Of a DNA stretch of 17,913 bases, positions 8,857 through 16,954 are shown in pieces. The notes beneath the pieces were generated by a model. That model made no database searches and was not told the origin of the DNA. It saw only the letters and a list, made by a program, of their open reading frames with translations. The stretch is from Promethearchaeota archaeon (GTDB lineage: Archaea > Asgardarchaeota > Lokiarchaeia > Sigyniarchaeales > SOKP01). A program made the position numbers and the translations under genes. The stretch lies in the NCBI GenBank assembly GCA_048938025.1, contig JBHLMP010000040.1:17378-35290 (forward strand), read 5' to 3'. Numbering within the stretch: position 1 is the first letter of the stretch; every line of letters begins with the position of its first letter.

Positions 8857-9089
8857 CGAAGGTTGATTTTTTTCTAGGGATTTAAAATTTTTTATATTTT
8901 TTTTTATTTAACTTAAAAGGGAAATCCATGAATATGATGTTTTTTTTCATTTTTAACGCATATTTTTGTTATTTTGTTTAATATCTATAAATCAAGTAGC
9001 ACAAACATATCAGCAAATTAACATATGCTAATAAGCTAATTCTTATTAAAAAAGGAGTTATTAGTAGAAAAAAAAGAATTTGATAAAGT

Positions 9090-9419
9090 TTATCTTCTTA
9101 TTAAAGTTTTTAAAAATGACTTAATTTTAACAAATCCAATAAACTTTCTTCTAACATATCTTACCAATTTTATTAGAAGTACTATCCCTAAAATAGTCAT
9201 GGCAAATAAAATTAATGTGCTAATAGGGGTAAATGAACAATGTGCGTAATACCCTAAATAACATGGTTTACTTGCTTTATCTGGAATTAATGTCATAATA
9301 CCAGCAATAATTCCCCCTATTATTAGAGATCCTACGAATATTACGTAGATTAAGAAGATTAGTGATTTTATAATTTTTCTAAATATCTTTTTTAATGATT
9401 TTTTATTCCTCTCCAACAC
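9090..9419 (-). CDS. Small 2-TM membrane protein with a Cys-containing loop (ASKPCYLGYYAHCSFTP)
   Basis: 109 aa. Two hydrophobic helices with basic flanks. GGGTGA SD just upstream of GTG/TTG. Confidence 0.75.
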   Translation of the reverse strand: MLERNKKSLKKIFRKIIKSLIFLIYVIFVGSLIIGGIIAGIMTLIPDKASKPCYLGYYAHCSFTPISTLILFAMTILGIVLLIKLVRYVRRKFIGFVKIKSFLKTLIRR

Positions 9420-9568
9420 TTATCACCCAATATAGTTTTGAGTTAAGTAATTTGAGACATTCAACCTCTTATATATCCATGTACGCTGAATATTGTATGA
9501 AGTACCTATTTTAGACAAAGAATAGAATAAGATATTTCTTTAAAAGGTAAAAAATAGGAGATTCAATA

Positions 9569-9601
9569 GTTGATATATCAACCAATTGGTTGAAAATTCA
9601 A
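9569..9601. promoter_or_regulatory. Tandem palindromic operator-like site, TTGA-N4-TCAA x2, 20 bp apart
   Basis: Perfect palindromes GTTGATATATCAAC (9569-9582) and TCAACCAATTGGTTGA (9578-9593), plus TTGAAAATTCAA (9590-9601), in a divergent intergenic region. Confidence 0.6.
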
Positions 9602-9697
9602 TCAAACTTCATTATAAAAATGGTTATTTTATTTGGTTTAATCTGAACTTAGATTTAAATCTAGTAGCTTTCTATTCATACATTAAAAGCTAATGAG

Positions 9698-9895
9698 GTG
9701 ATTATAATAGATTTCAATTGCCCTTGCCCAAAAACAAGATGTTCCAATCATGGTAATTGTGAAGAGTGCCAGAAGTATCATTCAACTTCAAATAGTTTGC
9801 CTTTTTGTAAACGAGAACATAGTATTTTTACTAAAATTTTCTACCGCAAAAATTATGAAATGGTTCAAATATTAAAAAGAGAGGGAAAAGTATGA
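9698..9895 (+). CDS. Small Cys/His-rich putative metal-binding protein (DUF6485-like pattern)
   Basis: Pattern CxC-x4-C-x2-HGxCxxC-x3-H-x6-PFC. Its stop overlaps the next ATG (ATGA, 9892-9895). Start codon uncertain. Confidence 0.75.
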   Translation: MIIIDFNCPCPKTRCSNHGNCEECQKYHSTSNSLPFCKREHSIFTKIFYRKNYEMVQILKREGKV

Positions 9896-10734
9896 AAAAG
9901 GCACTTATTCTCTATGATTCTGTATATGGAAATACAAAAAAAATTGCAATGTCGCTAAGTCGTGGATTAGAAGCAGGAGCAATTTTGGTAGATAGCCGTT
10001 CTATTCAAAATATTGATATTTCTGAATTAAAAAACTATGATGTTATTGGTATTGGAGGTTCAACTCATTTTCATAGAGCTTCAAAATATATGAAATTATT
10101 TTTGGAAAAAATTAAACATATCAGATTGGAGAATAAAGCAGGATTCGCATTTGAGACTAAAACAGACTTCTGGTTAGCAGGATCAGCAGCTAAAAGGATA
10201 ATAAGATCATTGAAGAAGATGAGAATAAACATTATTCACCCTATTATTACGGGAATAGTTCTCGATAAAGAAGGTCCTCTAGAAAACTCTACTTCAAATA
10301 CTATGGAACAGATTGGAATAACTATATCAGAAAAATTAAATAATGAAATTCAGAAAAATGAAATTAATCAAAAATTTAATGGAATTTATCAAACAAATGC
10401 TCGACAATATTTAAATCAATTGAAATGGATATTTTTAGTTGGTGGTTCATTATTTTTTTTTATTCGTGCAATCTACATGGCGAGTACTGGTGGAGATTGT
10501 TTTGGCACTATTAATCCACCACTTTCATGGTTTCTTCTCTTATCTGAAATATTTGTATCAGGTTTAGCAAGTATAATAGGATTGGTTGTTGTTATATTAT
10601 TTTTAAAAACTAATAACAAAAAATCCTTATTAAAAGAACTTAAAATTCCAAAAATTGTCTTATTCGGGGGAATTAGTGCTCTAATCGTGCATTTAATAAG
10701 AGTAGCAATTTGGATATTATTATGTGTAATATAA
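9892..10734 (+). CDS. Flavodoxin-domain protein with a C-terminal 3-TM extension
   Basis: N-terminal ILYDSVYGNTKKIA FMN-phosphate loop, DVIGIGGST, GFAFET. An N/Q-rich linker is followed by three hydrophobic segments. Confidence 0.85.
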   Translation: MKKALILYDSVYGNTKKIAMSLSRGLEAGAILVDSRSIQNIDISELKNYDVIGIGGSTHFHRASKYMKLFLEKIKHIRLENKAGFAFETKTDFWLAGSAAKRIIRSLKKMRINIIHPIITGIVLDKEGPLENSTSNTMEQIGITISEKLNNEIQKNEINQKFNGIYQTNARQYLNQLKWIFLVGGSLFFFIRAIYMASTGGDCFGTINPPLSWFLLLSEIFVSGLASIIGLVVVILFLKTNNKKSLLKELKIPKIVLFGGISALIVHLIRVAIWILLCVI

Positions 10735-10766
10735 TCTTCAGATTGATAAAAAATTCTTAACTTTTT

Positions 10767-11678
10767 TTATTTATATAATAGTTTTTCTTTCCAAGTATCA
10801 AAATAAGAAACCTTAGACATTATATCAAATATAATTGACTCAATGTTTTCTTTTCTTATGTTTTCAACCAGTTTAGTTAGTTCTTTCATGGTATTAGACC
10901 AAACCCAACATATAATCAGATTTGGCTGATTACTAAATGTCCAACAATAAAAAAGATTAGGCTCATAATTTTCATTTAAATGTTTAGCAAATTCGTTTTT
11001 TTCTAATGAAGGATTTATATTGATTTGAAACAAGGCAAAAATATCATTTGAGTCTTCAGGATTAAAGTCAATGGATAATTCAATAATTCCTTCTTCAATC
11101 ATTCTAGTTAATCTTCTACGTATTGTATTTGGAGTGCTGTTAACTTCATCTGCAACCTCTGATATAGGTTTTCGTGAATCATTATGAAGTGCTCGAATAA
11201 TCTCTAAATCAAGATTATCATAATTCATTGCTCTTGACTTTGGAACAATATAGGGGATTGGTGTGGTATATTGTACACCTGAAAGCAATCCTATTTTTGG
11301 AGATTGAATTTCGGCAGCTTGAGATATAAAAGAAGAATAATCATCTAATTGGTGTATATTTTCTAACATTGAACCTATATACATATAATTTCTACTTGAT
11401 AGTATGATCTGCCAAGTATTATCATTTTTTCCTAGCTCTTTTACAACTTTTTCCATATCCTGAGCATTACTTTGTCCAAATATAAATGCATAAATAGCAT
11501 TAATTGCATAAGGTTTCAATCTTGCAGCAAATTTTTCTATTGCTCCTATATCTATAAGAGCTTGCACTCTTTTATATACCGCATTAACAGATAAATCTAA
11601 ATAGTCCGAAATTTCTCTATATGTCAATCTTGAATTATTCATTAAAAGAAGAATGATCTTTAGATCGATTTCATCCAT
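10767..11678 (-). CDS. Tandem (double) Lrp/AsnC-family transcriptional regulator
   Basis: Two wHTH units, MDEIDLKIILLLMNNSRLTYREISDYLDLSVNAVYKRV and DNLDLEIIRALHNDSRKPISEVADEVNSTPNTIRRRL. Each is followed by a RAM-sized domain. Confidence 0.9.
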   Translation of the reverse strand: MDEIDLKIILLLMNNSRLTYREISDYLDLSVNAVYKRVQALIDIGAIEKFAARLKPYAINAIYAFIFGQSNAQDMEKVVKELGKNDNTWQIILSSRNYMYIGSMLENIHQLDDYSSFISQAAEIQSPKIGLLSGVQYTTPIPYIVPKSRAMNYDNLDLEIIRALHNDSRKPISEVADEVNSTPNTIRRRLTRMIEEGIIELSIDFNPEDSNDIFALFQININPSLEKNEFAKHLNENYEPNLFYCWTFSNQPNLIICWVWSNTMKELTKLVENIRKENIESIIFDIMSKVSYFDTWKEKLLYK

Positions 11679-11732
11679 ATATTATAAAAAGAGAATCAAA
11701 ATATTTAATTATACTTTTTAGCATAATCGATA

Positions 11733-11747
11733 AAGCAAAATATAAAA
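11733..11747 (+). promoter_or_regulatory. Candidate BRE-TATA promoter for aor (leaderless or very short leader)
   Basis: AAGCAAAATATAAAA ends about 29 nt before the ATG at 11776. There is no SD before the ATG. Confidence 0.4.
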
Positions 11748-11775
11748 TGTTTTCAGCTATTATTATTGTTTAATT

Positions 11776-13503
11776 ATGAAAATCGCAAGAATAAATCTTG
11801 AGAAGAAAGAAGTTCGATTTGAAGATATCACTCCAGATTCAAAATATTTTTTGCTTGGTGCAAGAGGATTAAGTTCTCAAATTATTCATGACGAAGTTCC
11901 ACCATTATGTGATCCACTAAGTCCTGAAAATAAACTAATTATTGCCAGTGGTTTACTCACGGGAAGTCCTTTTCCTAATTCTGCTCGTACATCAATAGGG
12001 GCAAAAAGTCCTCTAACTAAGGGTATAAAAGAAGCAAATGTGGGAGGACGACCATCAATGATGCTAGCCTCTCATGGAATCAGAGCATTGATTTTAGAGG
12101 GAATAGCTTCTAATTTACATTTCATTTTAGTGGATGATGAAGGTATAAAATTGAAATCTGCTCTTGAATATAAAGGATTAGGGAATTATGAATTACATTC
12201 TAAATTAAGAAAAACTTACGGAGAAAAAATTGGAATTTATTCTATAGGTCCTGCGGGGGAACATATGATGAAGAATGCTAGTGTTGCTGCTAATGACTTA
12301 GAAGGATATCCCAGTCGTCATGCTGCTAGAGGTGGTTTAGGAGCAGTAATGGGATCAAAAAGAATTAAAGCTGTTATTATTTTTCCAGCAAAAAGTTCGA
12401 AAGTTGAAATTCAAGATATCAAAAAATTCAGGGAAATATCAAAACCTTTTGCCCAAAATTTAGCAGAAACAAGAAAAACATTCTCGATTTATGGCACTTC
12501 ATTGATGACAAAAGCAATGAGTGTTCATGGGGGATTACCCACTAAAAATTTTCGAAGGGGTTTATTTGATAAGGTAGATGATATTTCTGGAGAAAAACTC
12601 CATGAGTTAGTAATGGCTAGAAACGGGAAGAAAAGAGTCTCATGCAGTCCAACATGTGTAATTAAATGCTCAAATATTATCGTTGATGAGAATGGAAATC
12701 ATATTACATCTAGTTTTGAATATGAAACTATAGCTCTAAATGGTTCTAACTTGATGATTGAAAATCTTGATCATTTGGCAAAAATAGATCATTTATGCGA
12801 TGATATTGGTATTGATACAATTGAGTTTGGTGTAACTATAGGAGTAGCTATGGATAATGAAAAGGTTAATTGGGGAGATGCTGAAAAAGTTTTTGAAATA
12901 TTAAAAGAGATACGAAAAGGTTCTGAAATTGGACAGTTATATGGAAATGGTGTTGTCCATTTAGGGAATAAAATCAATGCTATGCGCATTCCTCAAGTTA
13001 AAGGGCAAGCAATCTCCGGTTATGATCCGAGAGTTTTCAAAGCAATGAGTATAACTTATGCAACTTCTCCTATGGGAGCAGATCACACTTCTGGTGCAGC
13101 AATTGCTGGAAGAGTAGCAAGTAAACATAAAGAATATGGTGAACTCACAAATAACGAGGGAAAATTAGAATTATCTTTTGAATTACAAGTTTATACTACT
13201 GTCTTAGATTCAATGGGTTGCTGCTATTTCATTGGACCAAGTTATGAGAATATGGATATAGTAGCAGGTGCTATTAATGCTATGTATGGATTGGATTTAA
13301 CAAGGAATGATGTAATCGAATTAGGTATAAAAATACTAAAAACAGAGATTGAATTTAATGAAAACGCAGGTATCACCCAGAATATGAATGATCTACCTGA
13401 ATTTTTTAAGGAAGAACCTTCTGAACCAACTGGTTTTCTCTATACTTTCGATAAAGAAGAATTGAGTAAATTTTGGAATAAATTAAATAATTATAGTTTT
13501 TAA
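11776..13503 (+). CDS. aor: Aldehyde:ferredoxin oxidoreductase family protein (W/Mo-bis-pterin, 4Fe-4S)
   Basis: 575 aa. Motifs: AKSPLT, IGPAGE, AARGGLGAVMGSK, CSPTCVIKC, EYET, DDIGIDTIE, GADH, DSMGCC. Confidence 0.93.
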   Translation: MKIARINLEKKEVRFEDITPDSKYFLLGARGLSSQIIHDEVPPLCDPLSPENKLIIASGLLTGSPFPNSARTSIGAKSPLTKGIKEANVGGRPSMMLASHGIRALILEGIASNLHFILVDDEGIKLKSALEYKGLGNYELHSKLRKTYGEKIGIYSIGPAGEHMMKNASVAANDLEGYPSRHAARGGLGAVMGSKRIKAVIIFPAKSSKVEIQDIKKFREISKPFAQNLAETRKTFSIYGTSLMTKAMSVHGGLPTKNFRRGLFDKVDDISGEKLHELVMARNGKKRVSCSPTCVIKCSNIIVDENGNHITSSFEYETIALNGSNLMIENLDHLAKIDHLCDDIGIDTIEFGVTIGVAMDNEKVNWGDAEKVFEILKEIRKGSEIGQLYGNGVVHLGNKINAMRIPQVKGQAISGYDPRVFKAMSITYATSPMGADHTSGAAIAGRVASKHKEYGELTNNEGKLELSFELQVYTTVLDSMGCCYFIGPSYENMDIVAGAINAMYGLDLTRNDVIELGIKILKTEIEFNENAGITQNMNDLPEFFKEEPSEPTGFLYTFDKEELSKFWNKLNNYSF

Positions 13504-13550
13504 TCTTTAAATTTTATCTTCTTTTTGTTTTTTCTAGTTTTTTTCATTTA
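13504..13550 (+). terminator. Probable U-rich terminator after aor
   Basis: Several T5-T7 runs (CTTTTTGTTTTTTCTAGTTTTTTTC) directly after the stop codon. Confidence 0.45.
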
Positions 13551-13626
13551 AATTTATTTAATATCTCTTTTACTTATTTCCACGAATCTCTTTTAATTTT
13601 TATTTATAATTTCATATTATATCTAT

Positions 13627-14175
13627 TTAGGCATAATTCAAAAAGCCCTTTCTCTTCATAATTGTTTCTGAGATGATAATAATTACCATCCCAAAAATTA
13701 TTAATACTAACGGAATTACAGCATATCCCCCTATTTTTAGGATTAGTATCTTAATTCCATATGTTAGAGATAATGTAATATAACCAATTCCACTAAAAAG
13801 GAAAACTACTTTTTCTTTTTTATAAAGACTAAGACAGAAGTGCCAACATACAATAATGAGAAGGTTTGAAGTTATTTTAAAAATGAACCCATTAGAAGAT
13901 AAATTATTTAGCAATATTCCTATTAACGTTAAACACAGAGATAAAAATACTAAGAAAAGAAATATTTGAAATAAGTGTTCGATACAAAATTTCCGTTCTA
14001 ACTTCAAACAAAGCGAAAAAATAAACCATAAAACTTCAATTAAAATTAAGAGAATAATTAATAAGGGGGAAATTTCTACAAAAATATCTAAAAAAAAGGA
14101 CAGAATAAGTCCGATTAGTATTAGTATCATTCCAACAATCCGGCTTAAACTTTCTCCTTTTGCTTGAATACCCAT
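13627..14175 (-). CDS. Hypothetical membrane protein (about 6 TM)
   Basis: 182 aa, almost entirely hydrophobic helices. No family motif recognised. Confidence 0.7.
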   Translation of the reverse strand: MGIQAKGESLSRIVGMILILIGLILSFFLDIFVEISPLLIILLILIEVLWFIFSLCLKLERKFCIEHLFQIFLFLVFLSLCLTLIGILLNNLSSNGFIFKITSNLLIIVCWHFCLSLYKKEKVVFLFSGIGYITLSLTYGIKILILKIGGYAVIPLVLIIFGMVIIIISETIMKRKGFLNYA

Positions 14176-14327
14176 TTTTCAAAATAATCCTATTTTAGAA
14201 TTTATCCTTTTAATTATTTATAAAGCTTTATTCGATGTAAATTAATTGATAGCTTTATTAATTTTGAAAGCTATTTTGAATTATTATTATAAAAGTATCT
14301 TTTATACTTTTTTAAATAAAGAAAGAA

Positions 14328-15710
14328 ATGTTGTTTGATATGGATAATGAAACGATTTTAAAGGATTTAGAAGAGATTGTGGGTAAGGAGTTTGTTTCAA
14401 ATAATCCAGAGGATCTTTTTATATATTCTCAAGATCCTGGAGCCTCATTGCCAAGATCTGTTGATTTTGTAGTAATACCCAGTTCTGTTGATGAAATACA
14501 AAAAATAGTCCAGTTAGCAAACAAATATAAAACTCCAATAACACCTCTGGGCGGAGGTTTAACTCTTAGTGGGTTAGTAATTCCGGTAAAAGGGGGAATA
14601 GTTATAGATATGAAAAGAATGAATAATATTATCGAAATCAACAAATTTAGTAAATATGCTCTTATTGAAGCGGGAGTTAGTACAGGGCAATTATTATCAT
14701 ATTTAAATGAAAATTACCCAAATTTGCAGCCTGCTGTACCAGATGCTCCACCCTCTGCAACTATTGCTGGAAATGTGCTTATTCATGGTTCTGGCTATTT
14801 ATCTCAAAAATATGGTGATCATGGTGCCATGATAAACGGATTAGAAGTTGTTTTGCCTAGTGGTGAAGTTTGTAGACTTGGATCATGTGCCGTATCCGAG
14901 TATTGGTTTGCTAGGGGACCAATCCCAGATCTTATTGGTTTATTTATTAGTTCTTTCGGCACAATGGGAATTATTACCAAACTATCAGTTCAATTATTTG
15001 ATAAACCAAAATTTAGAGAAGTAGTTGTGGGATTATTAAATGATCCTAAAGATATCCCAAATGTTCTTTTAAAAGTTACTGAAAGTGGGTTAGCGGAAGA
15101 TGTTATACTTGGAAAGCAAGATAAACCCGATTGGATGAAAGGCTATGTATTTCTGATTACCTATGTTACTGGTGAAACACAGGAAGATATCGATTCTCAT
15201 ATCAAAAAATTTAAACGCATATTTAGTAAAGCAAAAGCAAGATACATGAAACCCCCTGAACGGTTCAGAGAAATATATTTAGAGAAGCCAATATTTGCTT
15301 CAGCTGCAGCTGATTACAGAAAGGGTGGAGGATTCGAGTATGTTGGAGCCAATATGCCTTTAGAAAATATTCCTGAAGCCTATAAGAGAGGTGCTGAAAT
15401 CTCAAAAAAGTATGGTATTATCCCAACATTGGGATCAAGACTTATTGGAGGGACTCATAATATTGTAATGTTCTTTTCATATTCATTTAATCGCGCTGAT
15501 CCTAAAGATATGGAAAATGCCAGAAATGCTTTACATGAAACAAATAAATTAGCTTTAGAATTAGGTGGAATTCCATGGAAAGCAGAAATAGCTGGGCAAC
15601 AATTAATCCTCGAAAAAATGGATCCTACCTATAAGAAATTGTTTACTACTATCCGAAAAACACTTGATCCTAATAGAATTATGAATCCAGGAAATTGGGA
15701 GGTGCATTAA
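14328..15710 (+). CDS. FAD-binding oxidoreductase, GlcD/D-2-hydroxyacid dehydrogenase-like (VAO/PCMH superfamily)
   Basis: PLGGGLTLSG, VIDMKRMNNIIEI, EAGV, PDAPPSATIAGN, GLEVVLPSGE, GTMGIITK, LDPNRIMNPG. Confidence 0.9.
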   Translation: MLFDMDNETILKDLEEIVGKEFVSNNPEDLFIYSQDPGASLPRSVDFVVIPSSVDEIQKIVQLANKYKTPITPLGGGLTLSGLVIPVKGGIVIDMKRMNNIIEINKFSKYALIEAGVSTGQLLSYLNENYPNLQPAVPDAPPSATIAGNVLIHGSGYLSQKYGDHGAMINGLEVVLPSGEVCRLGSCAVSEYWFARGPIPDLIGLFISSFGTMGIITKLSVQLFDKPKFREVVVGLLNDPKDIPNVLLKVTESGLAEDVILGKQDKPDWMKGYVFLITYVTGETQEDIDSHIKKFKRIFSKAKARYMKPPERFREIYLEKPIFASAAADYRKGGGFEYVGANMPLENIPEAYKRGAEISKKYGIIPTLGSRLIGGTHNIVMFFSYSFNRADPKDMENARNALHETNKLALELGGIPWKAEIAGQQLILEKMDPTYKKLFTTIRKTLDPNRIMNPGNWEVH

Positions 15711-16888
15711 TTATTACAGTAACAGAGAAACAAGATTGGAAAGATATTGTTCATCGCTGTTTTCGATGTGGGTATTGCAAATTCACTCATGATTATTCTG
15801 CTTTTAATTGCCCAAGTTATAAAAAGTATAGATTTGAGAGTTATAGCACCGGTGGAAGATTATGGTTGATCTATGGTATTATAAGTGGTCAAGTTCCTTG
15901 GAGTCAAGGACTTGCAAATGTAATTTATGCATGTAGCACATGTGGCAATTGTACTGAGAATTGTCGATTCGAAAAATTTAATGATTTTCTAGTTGATATT
16001 ATTGAAGCTGCTCGAGCTGAAGCTGTTAAGAATGGTTTTTGTCCTGAGAAACAAAAAGCTTTATTGGAGAGAACAACAAATCAAGAGATGTTTAATCCCT
16101 ATGGTGAACCCAATTCGAATAATGAAGAACTTAAAAAGATGTATAATTTGCCTGATGAGGCAGAGTGGGTTTATTTTATAGGATGTACCAGTAATTATCG
16201 TCAGAAAAACTTAAGGGACGCAACTTTAAGATTTCTTAAAAAAGCAAATATTGATTTTACATTAATCGATGAACATTGCTGTTGCAGTCCTATAATAAGA
16301 ACAGGGCAAATAGATCCTGTAAAAGAGTTTATAAATTATAATATTTCTCAAATTAACAATACAGGCGCCAAAAAAGTAATTACATCGTGTGCTGGTTGTT
16401 ATAGAACATTGAAAAAAGACTGGATAAAATTTGGAGCAGATTATTCTTTTGAAGCATATCATACAGTTGAATTAGTCAAACAGTTATTAGATGAAGGCAA
16501 ACTAAAATTTAATTCAGACTATAAAAAAACTCTTACTTATCATGATCCCTGTCATATAGGAAGACATATGGGATTATATGAAGTTCCTAGGGAGGTTTAT
16601 AAACAAATACCCGGGATCGATTTCGTTGAAATGAAAAGAAATAAAGAAAATGCGTGGTGTTGTGGAGCAGGTGGAGGAGTTAAGATAGGATATCCTGATT
16701 GGGCTCTTGAGATCTCAAAAGAAAGGCTTGAAGAAGCGAACGATACGGGAGCGACCGTCTTATCATCAGTTTGCCCATTTTGTAGAACAAATCTGAGTGA
16801 CTCAAACGATAAGTTCAATATGAATCTTGAAGTAATAGATTTAATAGAAATATTAGATAATTTAGATATTGAAGTTTTAGATCATTAA
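15695..16888 (+). CDS. Fe-S oxidoreductase, GlcF/HdrD-like (2x[4Fe-4S] plus two CCG domains)
   Basis: CFRCGYC...CP and CSTCGNCTENC ferredoxin motifs. CCG domains FIGC/HCCCSP/CAGC and YHDPC/CCGAGG/CPFC. Overlaps the upstream stop; start uncertain. Confidence 0.9.
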   Translation: MGGALIITVTEKQDWKDIVHRCFRCGYCKFTHDYSAFNCPSYKKYRFESYSTGGRLWLIYGIISGQVPWSQGLANVIYACSTCGNCTENCRFEKFNDFLVDIIEAARAEAVKNGFCPEKQKALLERTTNQEMFNPYGEPNSNNEELKKMYNLPDEAEWVYFIGCTSNYRQKNLRDATLRFLKKANIDFTLIDEHCCCSPIIRTGQIDPVKEFINYNISQINNTGAKKVITSCAGCYRTLKKDWIKFGADYSFEAYHTVELVKQLLDEGKLKFNSDYKKTLTYHDPCHIGRHMGLYEVPREVYKQIPGIDFVEMKRNKENAWCCGAGGGVKIGYPDWALEISKERLEEANDTGATVLSSVCPFCRTNLSDSNDKFNMNLEVIDLIEILDNLDIEVLDH

Positions 16889-16954
16889 TTGATCTTAATA
16901 TTTTTTTCTCAAAACTTTTACTGATTTGTAATTTATTATTAAATAAATTTAAAG

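Noticed and set aside
8998-9030. Imperfect direct repeat AGCA...AACATAT x2
   Set aside because: It is short, has only two copies with an indel, and lies in AT-rich DNA. It is not CRISPR-like.
9650-9663. Palindrome TAGATTTAAATCTA
   Set aside because: It is nearly all A/T and centred on a TATA-like TTTAAA. It may simply be a promoter core or chance.
12789-16818. Short ORFs 12789-12989, 14429-14644, 15993-16181, 16262-16462 and 16597-16818
   Set aside because: They are antisense or alternate-frame ORFs inside aor, the FAD oxidoreductase and the Fe-S gene, with no independent evidence.
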